Sequence record: EU078592
Reading direction: 5' to 3' (one strand)
DNA length: 42,925 bases
DNA from: Escherichia phage DE3
Shown here in pieces: positions 19,154-33,182 of the stretch (positions within the stretch are counted from its first letter, which is position 1; each line of letters begins with the position of its first letter). The notes beneath the pieces were generated by a model, which made no database searches, had not been told where the DNA came from, and saw only the letters and a list, made by a program, of their open reading frames with translations. The position numbers and the translations under genes were made by a program.

Positions 19154-19315
19154 TTAATAGTATTGGTTGCGTAACAAAGTGCGGTCCTGCTGGCATTCTG
19201 GAGGGAAATACAACCGACAGATGTATGTAAGGCCAACGTGCTCAAATCTTCATACAGAAAGATTTGAAGTAATATTTTAACCGCTAGATGAAGAGCAAGC
19301 GCATGGAGCGACAAA

Positions 19316-19522
19316 ATGAATAAAGAACAATCTGCTGATGATCCCTCCGTGGATCTGATTCGTGTAAAAAATATGCTTAATAGCACCATTTCTATGAGTT
19401 ACCCTGATGTTGTAATTGCATGTATAGAACATAAGGTGTCTCTGGAAGCATTCAGAGCAATTGAGGCAGCGTTGGTGAAGCACGATAATAATATGAAGGA
19501 TTATTCCCTGGTGGTTGACTGA
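19316..19522 (+). CDS. Hypothetical protein lambdap79 (YbcW-like), 68 aa
   Basis: 68-aa ORF at expected map position. Confidence 0.65.
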
Positions 19523-19686
19523 TCACCATAACTGCTAATCATTCAAACTATTTAGTCTGTGACAGAGCCAACACGCAGTCTGTCACTGTCAGGAAAGTGG
19601 TAAAACTGCAACTCAATTACTGCAATGCCCTCGTAATTAAGTGAATTTACAATATCGTCCTGTTCGGAGGGAAGAACGCGGGATGT

Positions 19687-19881
19687 TCATTCTTCATCAC
19701 TTTTAATTGATGTATATGCTCTCTTTTCTGACGTTAGTCTCCGACGGCAGGCTTCAATGACCCAGGCTGAGAAATTCCCGGACCCTTTTTGCTCAAGAGC
19801 GATGTTAATTTGTTCAATCATTTGGTTAGGAAAGCGGATGTTGCGGGTTGTTGTTCTGCGGGTTCTGTTCTTCGTTGACAT
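19687..19881 (-). CDS. Candidate small ribbon-helix-helix (Arc/Mnt/CopG-like) DNA-binding protein, 64 aa (hypothetical)
   Basis: MSTKNRTRRTTTRNIRFPNQMIEQINIALEQKGSGNFSAWVIEACRRRL...: basic N-tail, beta-strand, helix, G-x-S turn, helix pattern; hand-checked reverse-strand translation. Confidence 0.4.
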   Translation of the reverse strand: MSTKNRTRRTTTRNIRFPNQMIEQINIALEQKGSGNFSAWVIEACRRRLTSEKRAYTSIKSDEE

Positions 19882-20059
19882 GAGGTTGCCCCGTATTCAG
19901 TGTCGCTGATTTGTATTGTCTGAAGTTGTTTTTACGTTAAGTTGATGCAGATCAATTAATACGATACCTGCGTCATAATTGATTATTTGACGTGGTTTGA
20001 TGGCCTCCACGCACGTTGTGATATGTAGATGATAATCATTATCACTTTACGGGTCCTTT

Positions 20060-20270
20060 CCGGTGATCCGACAGGTTACGGGGCGGCGACCTCGCGGGTT
20101 TTCGCTATTTATGAAAATTTTCCGGTTTAAGGCGTTTCCGTTCTTCTTCGTCATAACTTAATGTTTTTATTTAAAATACCCTCTGAAAAGAAAGGAAACG
20201 ACAGGTGCTGAAAGCGAGCTTTTTGGCCTCTGTCGTTTCCTTTCTCTGTTTTTGTCCGTGGAATGAACAA
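20060..20270. other. cos: cos region (cosQ/cosN/cosB); virion left end GGGCGGCGACCT begins ~20081, right end ...ACAGGTTACG ends ~20080
   Basis: Exact lambda terminal sequences abut: ...CGACAGGTTACG|GGGCGGCGACCTCGCGGGTTTTCGCTATTTATGAAAATTTTCCGG. Confidence 0.93.
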
Positions 20271-20789
20271 TGGAAGTCAACAAAAAGCAGCTGGCTGACA
20301 TTTTCGGTGCGAGTATCCGTACCATTCAGAACTGGCAGGAACAGGGAATGCCCGTTCTGCGAGGCGGTGGCAAGGGTAATGAGGTGCTTTATGACTCTGC
20401 CGCCGTCATAAAATGGTATGCCGAAAGGGATGCTGAAATTGAGAACGAAAAGCTGCGCCGGGAGGTTGAAGAACTGCGGCAGGCCAGCGAGGCAGATCTC
20501 CAGCCAGGAACTATTGAGTACGAACGCCATCGACTTACGCGTGCGCAGGCCGACGCACAGGAACTGAAGAATGCCAGAGACTCCGCTGAAGTGGTGGAAA
20601 CCGCATTCTGTACTTTCGTGCTGTCGCGGATCGCAGGTGAAATTGCCAGTATTCTCGACGGGCTCCCCCTGTCGGTGCAGCGGCGTTTTCCGGAACTGGA
20701 AAACCGACATGTTGATTTCCTGAAACGGGATATCATCAAAGCCATGAACAAAGCAGCCGCGCTGGATGAACTGATACCGGGGTTGCTGA

Positions 20790-20815
<26 letters not shown>
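20270..20815 (+). CDS. nu1: Terminase small subunit Nu1 (181 aa)
   Basis: MEVNKKQLADIFGASIRTIQNWQEQGMPVLRGGGKGNEVLYDSAAVIKWYAERDAEIENEKLRREVEELRQ... Confidence 0.96.
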
Positions 20816-24496
<3,681 letters not shown>

Positions 24497-24516
<20 letters not shown>

Positions 24517-25816
24517 TCTCCCGCATATTGCCAGCATGGCCTTTAATGAGCCGCTGATGCTTGAACCCGCCTATGCGCGGGTTTTCTTTTGTGCGCTTGC
24601 AGGCCAGCTTGGGATCAGCAGCCTGACGGATGCGGTGTCCGGCGACAGCCTGACTGCCCAGGAGGCACTCGCGACGCTGGCATTATCCGGTGATGATGAC
24701 GGACCACGACAGGCCCGCAGTTATCAGGTCATGAACGGCATCGCCGTGCTGCCGGTGTCCGGCACGCTGGTCAGCCGGACGCGGGCGCTGCAGCCGTACT
24801 CGGGGATGACCGGTTACAACGGCATTATCGCCCGTCTGCAACAGGCTGCCAGCGATCCGATGGTGGACGGCATTCTGCTCGATATGGACACGCCCGGCGG
24901 GATGGTGGCGGGGGCATTTGACTGCGCTGACATCATCGCCCGTGTGCGTGACATAAAACCGGTATGGGCGCTTGCCAACGACATGAACTGCAGTGCAGGT
25001 CAGTTGCTTGCCAGTGCCGCCTCCCGGCGTCTGGTCACGCAGACCGCCCGGACAGGCTCCATCGGCGTCATGATGGCTCACAGTAATTACGGTGCTGCGC
25101 TGGAGAAACAGGGTGTGGAAATCACGCTGATTTACAGCGGCAGCCATAAGGTGGATGGCAACCCCTACAGCCATCTTCCGGATGACGTCCGGGAGACACT
25201 GCAGTCCCGGATGGACGCAACCCGCCAGATGTTTGCGCAGAAGGTGTCGGCATATACCGGCCTGTCCGTGCAGGTTGTGCTGGATACCGAGGCTGCAGTG
25301 TACAGCGGTCAGGAGGCCATTGATGCCGGACTGGCTGATGAACTTGTTAACAGCACCGATGCGATCACCGTCATGCGTGATGCACTGGATGCACGTAAAT
25401 CCCGTCTCTCAGGAGGGCGAATGACCAAAGAGACTCAATCAACAACTGTTTCAGCCACTGCTTCGCAGGCTGACGTTACTGACGTGGTGCCAGCGACGGA
25501 GGGCGAGAACGCCAGCGCGGCGCAGCCGGACGTGAACGCGCAGATCACCGCAGCGGTTGCGGCAGAAAACAGCCGCATTATGGGGATACTCAACTGTGAG
25601 GAGGCTCACGGACGCGAAGAACAGGCACGCGTGCTGGCAGAAACCCCCGGTATGACCGTGAAAACGGCCCGCCGCATTCTGGCCGCAGCACCACAGAGTG
25701 CACAGGCGCGCAGTGACACTGCGCTGGATCGTCTGATGCAGGGGGCACCGGCACCGCTGGCTGCAGGTAACCCGGCATCTGATGCCGTTAACGATTTGCT
25801 GAACACACCAGTGTAA
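24497..25816 (+). CDS. C: Capsid assembly protease C (439 aa), GTG start
   Basis: GTG at 24497 preceded by AGGAGGAG; MTAELRNLPHIASMAFNEPLMLEP...; ORF track extends upstream only because frame is open. Confidence 0.9.
25211..25816 (+). CDS. nu3: Scaffolding protein Nu3 (internal in-frame start within C)
   Basis: In-frame ATG at 25211 (MDATRQMFAQKVSAYTGL...), same stop as C. Confidence 0.75.
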   Translation: MDATRQMFAQKVSAYTGLSVQVVLDTEAAVYSGQEAIDAGLADELVNSTDAITVMRDALDARKSRLSGGRMTKETQSTTVSATASQADVTDVVPATEGENASAAQPDVNAQITAAVAAENSRIMGILNCEEAHGREEQARVLAETPGMTVKTARRILAAAPQSAQARSDTALDRLMQGAPAPLAAGNPASDAVNDLLNTPV

Positions 25817-25825
25817 GGGATGTTT

Positions 25826-26158
25826 ATGACGAGCAAAGAAACCTTTACCCATTACCAGCCGCAGGGCAACAGTGACCCGGCTCATACCGCAACCGCGCCC
25901 GGCGGATTGAGTGCGAAAGCGCCTGCAATGACCCCGCTGATGCTGGACACCTCCAGCCGTAAGCTGGTTGCGTGGGATGGCACCACCGACGGTGCTGCCG
26001 TTGGCATTCTTGCGGTTGCTGCTGACCAGACCAGCACCACGCTGACGTTCTACAAGTCCGGCACGTTCCGTTATGAGGATGTGCTCTGGCCGGAGGCTGC
26101 CAGCGACGAGACGAAAAAACGGACCGCGTTTGCCGGAACGGCAATCAGCATCGTTTAA
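25826..26158 (+). CDS. D: Head decoration protein D (110 aa)
   Basis: [79 protein letters not shown]... Confidence 0.95.
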
Positions 26159-26213
26159 CTTTACCCTTCATCACTAAAGGCCGCCTGTGCGGCTTTTTTT
26201 ACGGGATTTTTTT

Positions 26214-27239
26214 ATGTCGATGTACACAACCGCCCAACTGCTGGCGGCAAATGAGCAGAAATTTAAGTTTGATCCGCTGTTTCTGCGTCTCTTTTTCCGT
26301 GAGAGCTATCCCTTCACCACGGAGAAAGTCTATCTCTCACAAATTCCGGGACTGGTAAACATGGCGCTGTACGTTTCGCCGATTGTTTCCGGTGAGGTTA
26401 TCCGTTCCCGTGGCGGCTCCACCTCTGAATTTACGCCGGGATATGTCAAGCCGAAGCATGAAGTGAATCCGCAGATGACCCTGCGTCGCCTGCCGGATGA
26501 AGATCCGCAGAATCTGGCGGACCCGGCTTACCGCCGCCGTCGCATCATCATGCAGAACATGCGTGACGAAGAGCTGGCCATTGCTCAGGTCGAAGAGATG
26601 CAGGCAGTTTCTGCCGTGCTTAAGGGCAAATACACCATGACCGGTGAAGCCTTCGATCCGGTTGAGGTGGATATGGGCCGCAGTGAGGAGAATAACATCA
26701 CGCAGTCCGGCGGCACGGAGTGGAGCAAGCGTGACAAGTCCACGTATGACCCGACCGACGATATCGAAGCCTACGCGCTGAACGCCAGCGGTGTGGTGAA
26801 TATCATCGTGTTCGATCCGAAAGGCTGGGCGCTGTTCCGTTCCTTCAAAGCCGTCAAGGAGAAGCTGGATACCCGTCGTGGCTCTAATTCCGAGCTGGAG
26901 ACAGCGGTGAAAGACCTGGGCAAAGCGGTGTCCTATAAGGGGATGTATGGCGATGTGGCCATCGTCGTGTATTCCGGACAGTACGTGGAAAACGGCGTCA
27001 AAAAGAACTTCCTGCCGGACAACACGATGGTGCTGGGGAACACTCAGGCACGCGGTCTGCGCACCTATGGCTGCATTCAGGATGCGGACGCACAGCGCGA
27101 AGGCATTAACGCCTCTGCCCGTTACCCGAAAAACTGGGTGACCACCGGCGATCCGGCGCGTGAGTTCACCATGATTCAGTCAGCACCGCTGATGCTGCTG
27201 GCTGACCCTGATGAGTTCGTGTCCGTACAACTGGCGTAA
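26214..27239 (+). CDS. E: Major capsid protein E (341 aa)
   Basis: MSMYTTAQLLAANEQKFKFDPLFLRLFFRESYPFTTEKVYLSQIPGLVNMALYVSPIVSGEVIRSRGG... Confidence 0.96.
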   Translation: MSMYTTAQLLAANEQKFKFDPLFLRLFFRESYPFTTEKVYLSQIPGLVNMALYVSPIVSGEVIRSRGGSTSEFTPGYVKPKHEVNPQMTLRRLPDEDPQNLADPAYRRRRIIMQNMRDEELAIAQVEEMQAVSAVLKGKYTMTGEAFDPVEVDMGRSEENNITQSGGTEWSKRDKSTYDPTDDIEAYALNASGVVNIIVFDPKGWALFRSFKAVKEKLDTRRGSNSELETAVKDLGKAVSYKGMYGDVAIVVYSGQYVENGVKKNFLPDNTMVLGNTQARGLRTYGCIQDADAQREGINASARYPKNWVTTGDPAREFTMIQSAPLMLLADPDEFVSVQLA

Positions 27240-27280
27240 TCATGGCCCTTCGGGGCCATTGTTTCTCTGTGGAGGAGTCC

Positions 27281-27679
27281 ATGACGAAAGATGAACTGAT
27301 TGCCCGTCTCCGCTCGCTGGGTGAACAACTGAACCGTGATGTCAGCCTGACGGGGACGAAAGAAGAACTGGCGCTCCGTGTGGCAGAGCTGAAAGAGGAG
27401 CTTGATGACACGGATGAAACTGCCGGTCAGGACACCCCTCTCAGCCGGGAAAATGTGCTGACCGGACATGAAAATGAGGTGGGATCAGCGCAGCCGGATA
27501 CCGTGATTCTGGATACGTCTGAACTGGTCACGGTCGTGGCACTGGTGAAGCTGCATACTGATGCACTTCACGCCACGCGGGATGAACCTGTGGCATTTGT
27601 GCTGCCGGGAACGGCGTTTCGTGTCTCTGCCGGTGTGGCAGCCGAAATGACAGAGCGCGGCCTGGCCAGAATGCAATAA
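27281..27679 (+). CDS. FI: DNA packaging protein FI (132 aa)
   Basis: MTKDELIARLRSLGEQLNRDVSLTGTKEELALRVAELKEELDDTDETAGQDTPLSRENV... Confidence 0.93.
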   Translation: MTKDELIARLRSLGEQLNRDVSLTGTKEELALRVAELKEELDDTDETAGQDTPLSRENVLTGHENEVGSAQPDTVILDTSELVTVVALVKLHTDALHATRDEPVAFVLPGTAFRVSAGVAAEMTERGLARMQ

Positions 27680-27690
27680 CGGGAGGCGCT

Positions 27691-28044
27691 GTGGCTGATT
27701 TCGATAACCTGTTCGATGCTGCCATTGCCCGCGCCGATGAAACGATACGCGGGTACATGGGAACGTCAGCCACCATTACATCCGGTGAGCAGTCAGGTGC
27801 GGTGATACGTGGTGTTTTTGATGACCCTGAAAATATCAGCTATGCCGGACAGGGCGTGCGCGTTGAAGGCTCCAGCCCGTCCCTGTTTGTCCGGACTGAT
27901 GAGGTGCGGCAGCTGCGGCGTGGAGACACGCTGACCATCGGTGAGGAAAATTTCTGGGTAGATCGGGTTTCGCCGGATGATGGCGGAAGTTGTCATCTCT
28001 GGCTTGGACGGGGCGTACCGCCTGCCGTTAACCGTCGCCGCTGA
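27691..28044 (+). CDS. FII: Head-tail connector protein FII (117 aa)
   Basis: 117-aa ORF at expected position. Confidence 0.93.
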   Translation: MADFDNLFDAAIARADETIRGYMGTSATITSGEQSGAVIRGVFDDPENISYAGQGVRVEGSSPSLFVRTDEVRQLRRGDTLTIGEENFWVDRVSPDDGGSCHLWLGRGVPPAVNRRR

Positions 28045-28055
28045 AAGGGGGATGT

Positions 28056-28634
28056 ATGGCCATAAAAGGTCTTGAGCAGGCCGTTGAAAACCTCAGCCGT
28101 ATCAGCAAAACGGCGGTGCCTGGTGCCGCCGCAATGGCCATTAACCGCGTTGCTTCATCCGCGATATCGCAGTCGGCGTCACAGGTTGCCCGTGAGACAA
28201 AGGTACGCCGGAAACTGGTAAAGGAAAGGGCCAGGCTGAAAAGGGCCACGGTCAAAAATCCGCAGGCCAGAATCAAAGTTAACCGGGGGGATTTGCCCGT
28301 AATCAAGCTGGGTAATGCGCGGGTTGTCCTTTCGCGCCGCAGGCGTCGTAAAAAGGGGCAGCGTTCATCCCTGAAAGGTGGCGGCAGCGTGCTTGTGGTG
28401 GGTAACCGTCGTATTCCCGGCGCGTTTATTCAGCAACTGAAAAATGGCCGGTGGCATGTCATGCAGCGTGTGGCTGGGAAAAACCGTTACCCCATTGATG
28501 TGGTGAAAATCCCGATGGCGGTGCCGCTGACCACGGCGTTTAAACAAAATATTGAGCGGATACGGCGTGAACGTCTTCCGAAAGAGCTGGGCTATGCGCT
28601 GCAGCATCAACTGAGGATGGTAATAAAGCGATGA
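28056..28634 (+). CDS. Z: Tail completion protein Z (192 aa)
   Basis: 192-aa ORF at expected position. Confidence 0.93.
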   Translation: MAIKGLEQAVENLSRISKTAVPGAAAMAINRVASSAISQSASQVARETKVRRKLVKERARLKRATVKNPQARIKVNRGDLPVIKLGNARVVLSRRRRRKKGQRSSLKGGGSVLVVGNRRIPGAFIQQLKNGRWHVMQRVAGKNRYPIDVVKIPMAVPLTTAFKQNIERIRRERLPKELGYALQHQLRMVIKR

Positions 28635-29026
28635 AACATACTGAACTCCGTGCAGCCGTACTGGATGCACTGGAGAAGCATGACACCGGGGCGACGTTTT
28701 TTGATGGTCGCCCCGCTGTTTTTGATGAGGCGGATTTTCCGGCAGTTGCCGTTTATCTCACCGGCGCTGAATACACGGGCGAAGAGCTGGACAGCGATAC
28801 CTGGCAGGCGGAGCTGCATATCGAAGTTTTCCTGCCTGCTCAGGTGCCGGATTCAGAGCTGGATGCGTGGATGGAGTCCCGGATTTATCCGGTGATGAGC
28901 GATATCCCGGCACTGTCAGATTTGATCACCAGTATGGTGGCCAGCGGCTATGACTACCGGCGCGACGATGATGCGGGCTTGTGGAGTTCAGCCGATCTGA
29001 CTTATGTCATTACCTATGAAATGTGA
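28631..29026 (+). CDS. U: Tail terminator protein U (131 aa)
   Basis: 131-aa ORF overlapping Z stop. Confidence 0.93.
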
Positions 29027-29033
29027 GGACGCT

Positions 29034-29774
29034 ATGCCTGTACCAAATCCTACAATGCCGGTGAAAGGTGCCGGGACCACCCTGTGGGTTTATAAGGGGA
29101 GCGGTGACCCTTACGCGAATCCGCTTTCAGACGTTGACTGGTCGCGTCTGGCAAAAGTTAAAGACCTGACGCCCGGCGAACTGACCGCTGAGTCCTATGA
29201 CGACAGCTATCTCGATGATGAAGATGCAGACTGGACTGCGACCGGGCAGGGGCAGAAATCTGCCGGAGATACCAGCTTCACGCTGGCGTGGATGCCCGGA
29301 GAGCAGGGGCAGCAGGCGCTGCTGGCGTGGTTTAATGAAGGCGATACCCGTGCCTATAAAATCCGCTTCCCGAACGGCACGGTCGATGTGTTCCGTGGCT
29401 GGGTCAGCAGTATCGGTAAGGCGGTGACGGCGAAGGAAGTGATCACCCGCACGGTGAAAGTCACCAATGTGGGACGTCCGTCGATGGCAGAAGATCGCAG
29501 CACGGTAACAGCGGCAACCGGCATGACCGTGACGCCTGCCAGCACCTCGGTGGTGAAAGGGCAGAGCACCACGCTGACCGTGGCCTTCCAGCCGGAGGGC
29601 GTAACCGACAAGAGCTTTCGTGCGGTGTCTGCGGATAAAACAAAAGCCACCGTGTCGGTCAGTGGTATGACCATCACCGTGAACGGCGTTGCTGCAGGCA
29701 AGGTCAACATTCCGGTTGTATCCGGTAATGGTGAGTTTGCTGCGGTTGCAGAAATTACCGTCACCGCCAGTTAA
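29034..29774 (+). CDS. V: Major tail tube protein V (246 aa)
   Basis: [67 protein letters not shown]... Confidence 0.95.
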
Positions 29775-29789
29775 TCCGGAGAGTCAGCG

Positions 29790-30212
29790 ATGTTCCTGAA
29801 AACCGAATCATTTGAACATAACGGTGTGACCGTCACGCTTTCTGAACTGTCAGCCCTGCAGCGCATTGAGCATCTCGCCCTGATGAAACGGCAGGCAGAA
29901 CAGGCGGAGTCAGACAGCAACCGGAAGTTTACTGTGGAAGACGCCATCAGAACCGGCGCGTTTCTGGTGGCGATGTCCCTGTGGCATAACCATCCGCAGA
30001 AGACGCAGATGCCGTCCATGAATGAAGCCGTTAAACAGATTGAGCAGGAAGTGCTTACCACCTGGCCCACGGAGGCAATTTCTCATGCTGAAAACGTGGT
30101 GTACCGGCTGTCTGGTATGTATGAGTTTGTGGTGAATAATGCCCCTGAACAGACAGAGGACGCCGGGCCCGCAGAGCCTGTTTCTGCGGGAAAGTGTTCG
30201 ACGGTGAGCTGA
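29790..30212 (+). CDS. G: Tail assembly chaperone G (140 aa)
   Basis: MFLKTESFEHNGVTVTLSELSALQRIEHLALMKRQAEQAESDSNRKFTVEDAIRTGAFLVAMSLW... Confidence 0.95.
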   Translation: MFLKTESFEHNGVTVTLSELSALQRIEHLALMKRQAEQAESDSNRKFTVEDAIRTGAFLVAMSLWHNHPQKTQMPSMNEAVKQIEQEVLTTWPTEAISHAENVVYRLSGMYEFVVNNAPEQTEDAGPAEPVSAGKCSTVS

Positions 30213-30628
30213 GTTTTGCCCTGAAACTGGCGCGTGAGATGGGGCGACCCGACTGGCGTGCCATGCTTGCCGGGATGTCATCCACGGAGTATGCCGACTG
30301 GCACCGCTTTTACAGTACCCATTATTTTCATGATGTTCTGCTGGATATGCACTTTTCCGGGCTGACGTACACCGTGCTCAGCCTGTTTTTCAGCGATCCG
30401 GATATGCATCCGCTGGATTTCAGTCTGCTGAACCGGCGCGAGGCTGACGAAGAGCCTGAAGATGATGTGCTGATGCAGAAAGCGGCAGGGCTTGCCGGAG
30501 GTGTCCGCTTTGGCCCGGACGGGAATGAAGTTATCCCCGCTTCCCCGGATGTGGCGGACATGACGGAGGATGACGTAATGCTGATGACAGTATCAGAAGG
30601 GATCGCAGGAGGAGTCCGGTATGGCTGA
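29790..30628 (+). CDS. T: Tail assembly chaperone G-T fusion made by programmed -1 ribosomal frameshift at G GGA AAG (30188-30194)
   Basis: Slippery heptamer GGGAAAG in G frame; downstream -1 frame ORF (30194..30628) open to T stop. Confidence 0.88.
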
Positions 30629-33182
30629 ACCGGTAGGCGATCTGGTCGTTGATTTGAGTCTGGATGCGGCCAGATTTGACGAGCAGATGGCCAGAGTCAG
30701 GCGTCATTTTTCTGGTACGGAAAGTGATGCGAAAAAAACAGCGGCAGTCGTTGAACAGTCGCTGAGCCGACAGGCGCTGGCTGCACAGAAAGCGGGGATT
30801 TCCGTCGGGCAGTATAAAGCCGCCATGCGTATGCTGCCTGCACAGTTCACCGACGTGGCCACGCAGCTTGCAGGCGGGCAAAGTCCGTGGCTGATCCTGC
30901 TGCAACAGGGGGGGCAGGTGAAGGACTCCTTCGGCGGGATGATCCCCATGTTCAGGGGGCTTGCCGGTGCGATCACCCTGCCGATGGTGGGGGCCACCTC
31001 GCTGGCGGTGGCGACCGGTGCGCTGGCGTATGCCTGGTATCAGGGCAACTCAACCCTGTCCGATTTCAACAAAACGCTGGTCCTTTCCGGCAATCAGGCG
31101 GGACTGACGGCAGATCGTATGCTGGTCCTGTCCAGAGCCGGGCAGGCGGCAGGGCTGACGTTTAACCAGACCAGCGAGTCACTCAGCGCACTGGTTAAGG
31201 CGGGGGTAAGCGGTGAGGCTCAGATTGCGTCCATCAGCCAGAGTGTGGCGCGTTTCTCCTCTGCATCCGGCGTGGAGGTGGACAAGGTCGCTGAAGCCTT
31301 CGGGAAGCTGACCACAGACCCGACGTCGGGGCTGACGGCGATGGCTCGCCAGTTCCATAACGTGTCGGCGGAGCAGATTGCGTATGTTGCTCAGTTGCAG
31401 CGTTCCGGCGATGAAGCCGGGGCATTGCAGGCGGCGAACGAGGCCGCAACGAAAGGGTTTGATGACCAGACCCGCCGCCTGAAAGAGAACATGGGCACGC
31501 TGGAGACCTGGGCAGACAGGACTGCGCGGGCATTCAAATCCATGTGGGATGCGGTGCTGGATATTGGTCGTCCTGATACCGCGCAGGAGATGCTGATTAA
31601 GGCAGAGGCTGCGTATAAGAAAGCAGACGACATCTGGAATCTGCGCAAGGATGATTATTTTGTTAACGATGAAGCGCGGGCGCGTTACTGGGATGATCGT
31701 GAAAAGGCCCGTCTTGCGCTTGAAGCCGCCCGAAAGAAGGCTGAGCAGCAGACTCAACAGGACAAAAATGCGCAGCAGCAGAGCGATACCGAAGCGTCAC
31801 GGCTGAAATATACCGAAGAGGCGCAGAAGGCTTACGAACGGCTGCAGACGCCGCTGGAGAAATATACCGCCCGTCAGGAAGAACTGAACAAGGCACTGAA
31901 AGACGGGAAAATCCTGCAGGCGGATTACAACACGCTGATGGCGGCGGCGAAAAAGGATTATGAAGCGACGCTGAAAAAGCCGAAACAGTCCAGCGTGAAG
32001 GTGTCTGCGGGCGATCGTCAGGAAGACAGTGCTCATGCTGCCCTGCTGACGCTTCAGGCAGAACTCCGGACGCTGGAGAAGCATGCCGGAGCAAATGAGA
32101 AAATCAGCCAGCAGCGCCGGGATTTGTGGAAGGCGGAGAGTCAGTTCGCGGTACTGGAGGAGGCGGCGCAACGTCGCCAGCTGTCTGCACAGGAGAAATC
32201 CCTGCTGGCGCATAAAGATGAGACGCTGGAGTACAAACGCCAGCTGGCTGCACTTGGCGACAAGGTTACGTATCAGGAGCGCCTGAACGCGCTGGCGCAG
32301 CAGGCGGATAAATTCGCACAGCAGCAACGGGCAAAACGGGCCGCCATTGATGCGAAAAGCCGGGGGCTGACTGACCGGCAGGCAGAACGGGAAGCCACGG
32401 AACAGCGCCTGAAGGAACAGTATGGCGATAATCCGCTGGCGCTGAATAACGTCATGTCAGAGCAGAAAAAGACCTGGGCGGCTGAAGACCAGCTTCGCGG
32501 GAACTGGATGGCAGGCCTGAAGTCCGGCTGGAGTGAGTGGGAAGAGAGCGCCACGGACAGTATGTCGCAGGTAAAAAGTGCAGCCACGCAGACCTTTGAT
32601 GGTATTGCACAGAATATGGCGGCGATGCTGACCGGCAGTGAGCAGAACTGGCGCAGCTTCACCCGTTCCGTGCTGTCCATGATGACAGAAATTCTGCTTA
32701 AGCAGGCAATGGTGGGGATTGTCGGGAGTATCGGCAGCGCCATTGGCGGGGCTGTTGGTGGCGGCGCATCCGCGTCAGGCGGTACAGCCATTCAGGCCGC
32801 TGCGGCGAAATTCCATTTTGCAACCGGAGGATTTACGGGAACCGGCGGCAAATATGAGCCAGCGGGGATTGTTCACCGTGGTGAGTTTGTCTTCACGAAG
32901 GAGGCAACCAGCCGGATTGGCGTGGGGAATCTTTACCGGCTGATGCGCGGCTATGCCACCGGCGGTTATGTCGGTACACCGGGCAGCATGGCAGACAGCC
33001 GGTCGCAGGCGTCCGGGACGTTTGAGCAGAATAACCATGTGGTGATTAACAACGACGGCACGAACGGGCAGATAGGTCCGGCTGCTCTGAAGGCGGTGTA
33101 TGACATGGCCCGCAAGGGTGCCCGTGATGAAATTCAGACACAGATGCGTGATGGTGGCCTGTTCTCCGGAGGTGGACGATGA
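30621..33182 (+). CDS. H: Tail tape measure protein H (853 aa)
   Basis: 853-aa ORF, coiled-coil-rich centre, Gly-rich C-terminal region. Confidence 0.96.
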   Translation: MAEPVGDLVVDLSLDAARFDEQMARVRRHFSGTESDAKKTAAVVEQSLSRQALAAQKAGISVGQYKAAMRMLPAQFTDVATQLAGGQSPWLILLQQGGQVKDSFGGMIPMFRGLAGAITLPMVGATSLAVATGALAYAWYQGNSTLSDFNKTLVLSGNQAGLTADRMLVLSRAGQAAGLTFNQTSESLSALVKAGVSGEAQIASISQSVARFSSASGVEVDKVAEAFGKLTTDPTSGLTAMARQFHNVSAEQIAYVAQLQRSGDEAGALQAANEAATKGFDDQTRRLKENMGTLETWADRTARAFKSMWDAVLDIGRPDTAQEMLIKAEAAYKKADDIWNLRKDDYFVNDEARARYWDDREKARLALEAARKKAEQQTQQDKNAQQQSDTEASRLKYTEEAQKAYERLQTPLEKYTARQEELNKALKDGKILQADYNTLMAAAKKDYEATLKKPKQSSVKVSAGDRQEDSAHAALLTLQAELRTLEKHAGANEKISQQRRDLWKAESQFAVLEEAAQRRQLSAQEKSLLAHKDETLEYKRQLAALGDKVTYQERLNALAQQADKFAQQQRAKRAAIDAKSRGLTDRQAEREATEQRLKEQYGDNPLALNNVMSEQKKTWAAEDQLRGNWMAGLKSGWSEWEESATDSMSQVKSAATQTFDGIAQNMAAMLTGSEQNWRSFTRSVLSMMTEILLKQAMVGIVGSIGSAIGGAVGGGASASGGTAIQAAAAKFHFATGGFTGTGGKYEPAGIVHRGEFVFTKEATSRIGVGNLYRLMRGYATGGYVGTPGSMADSRSQASGTFEQNNHVVINNDGTNGQIGPAALKAVYDMARKGARDEIQTQMRDGGLFSGGGR

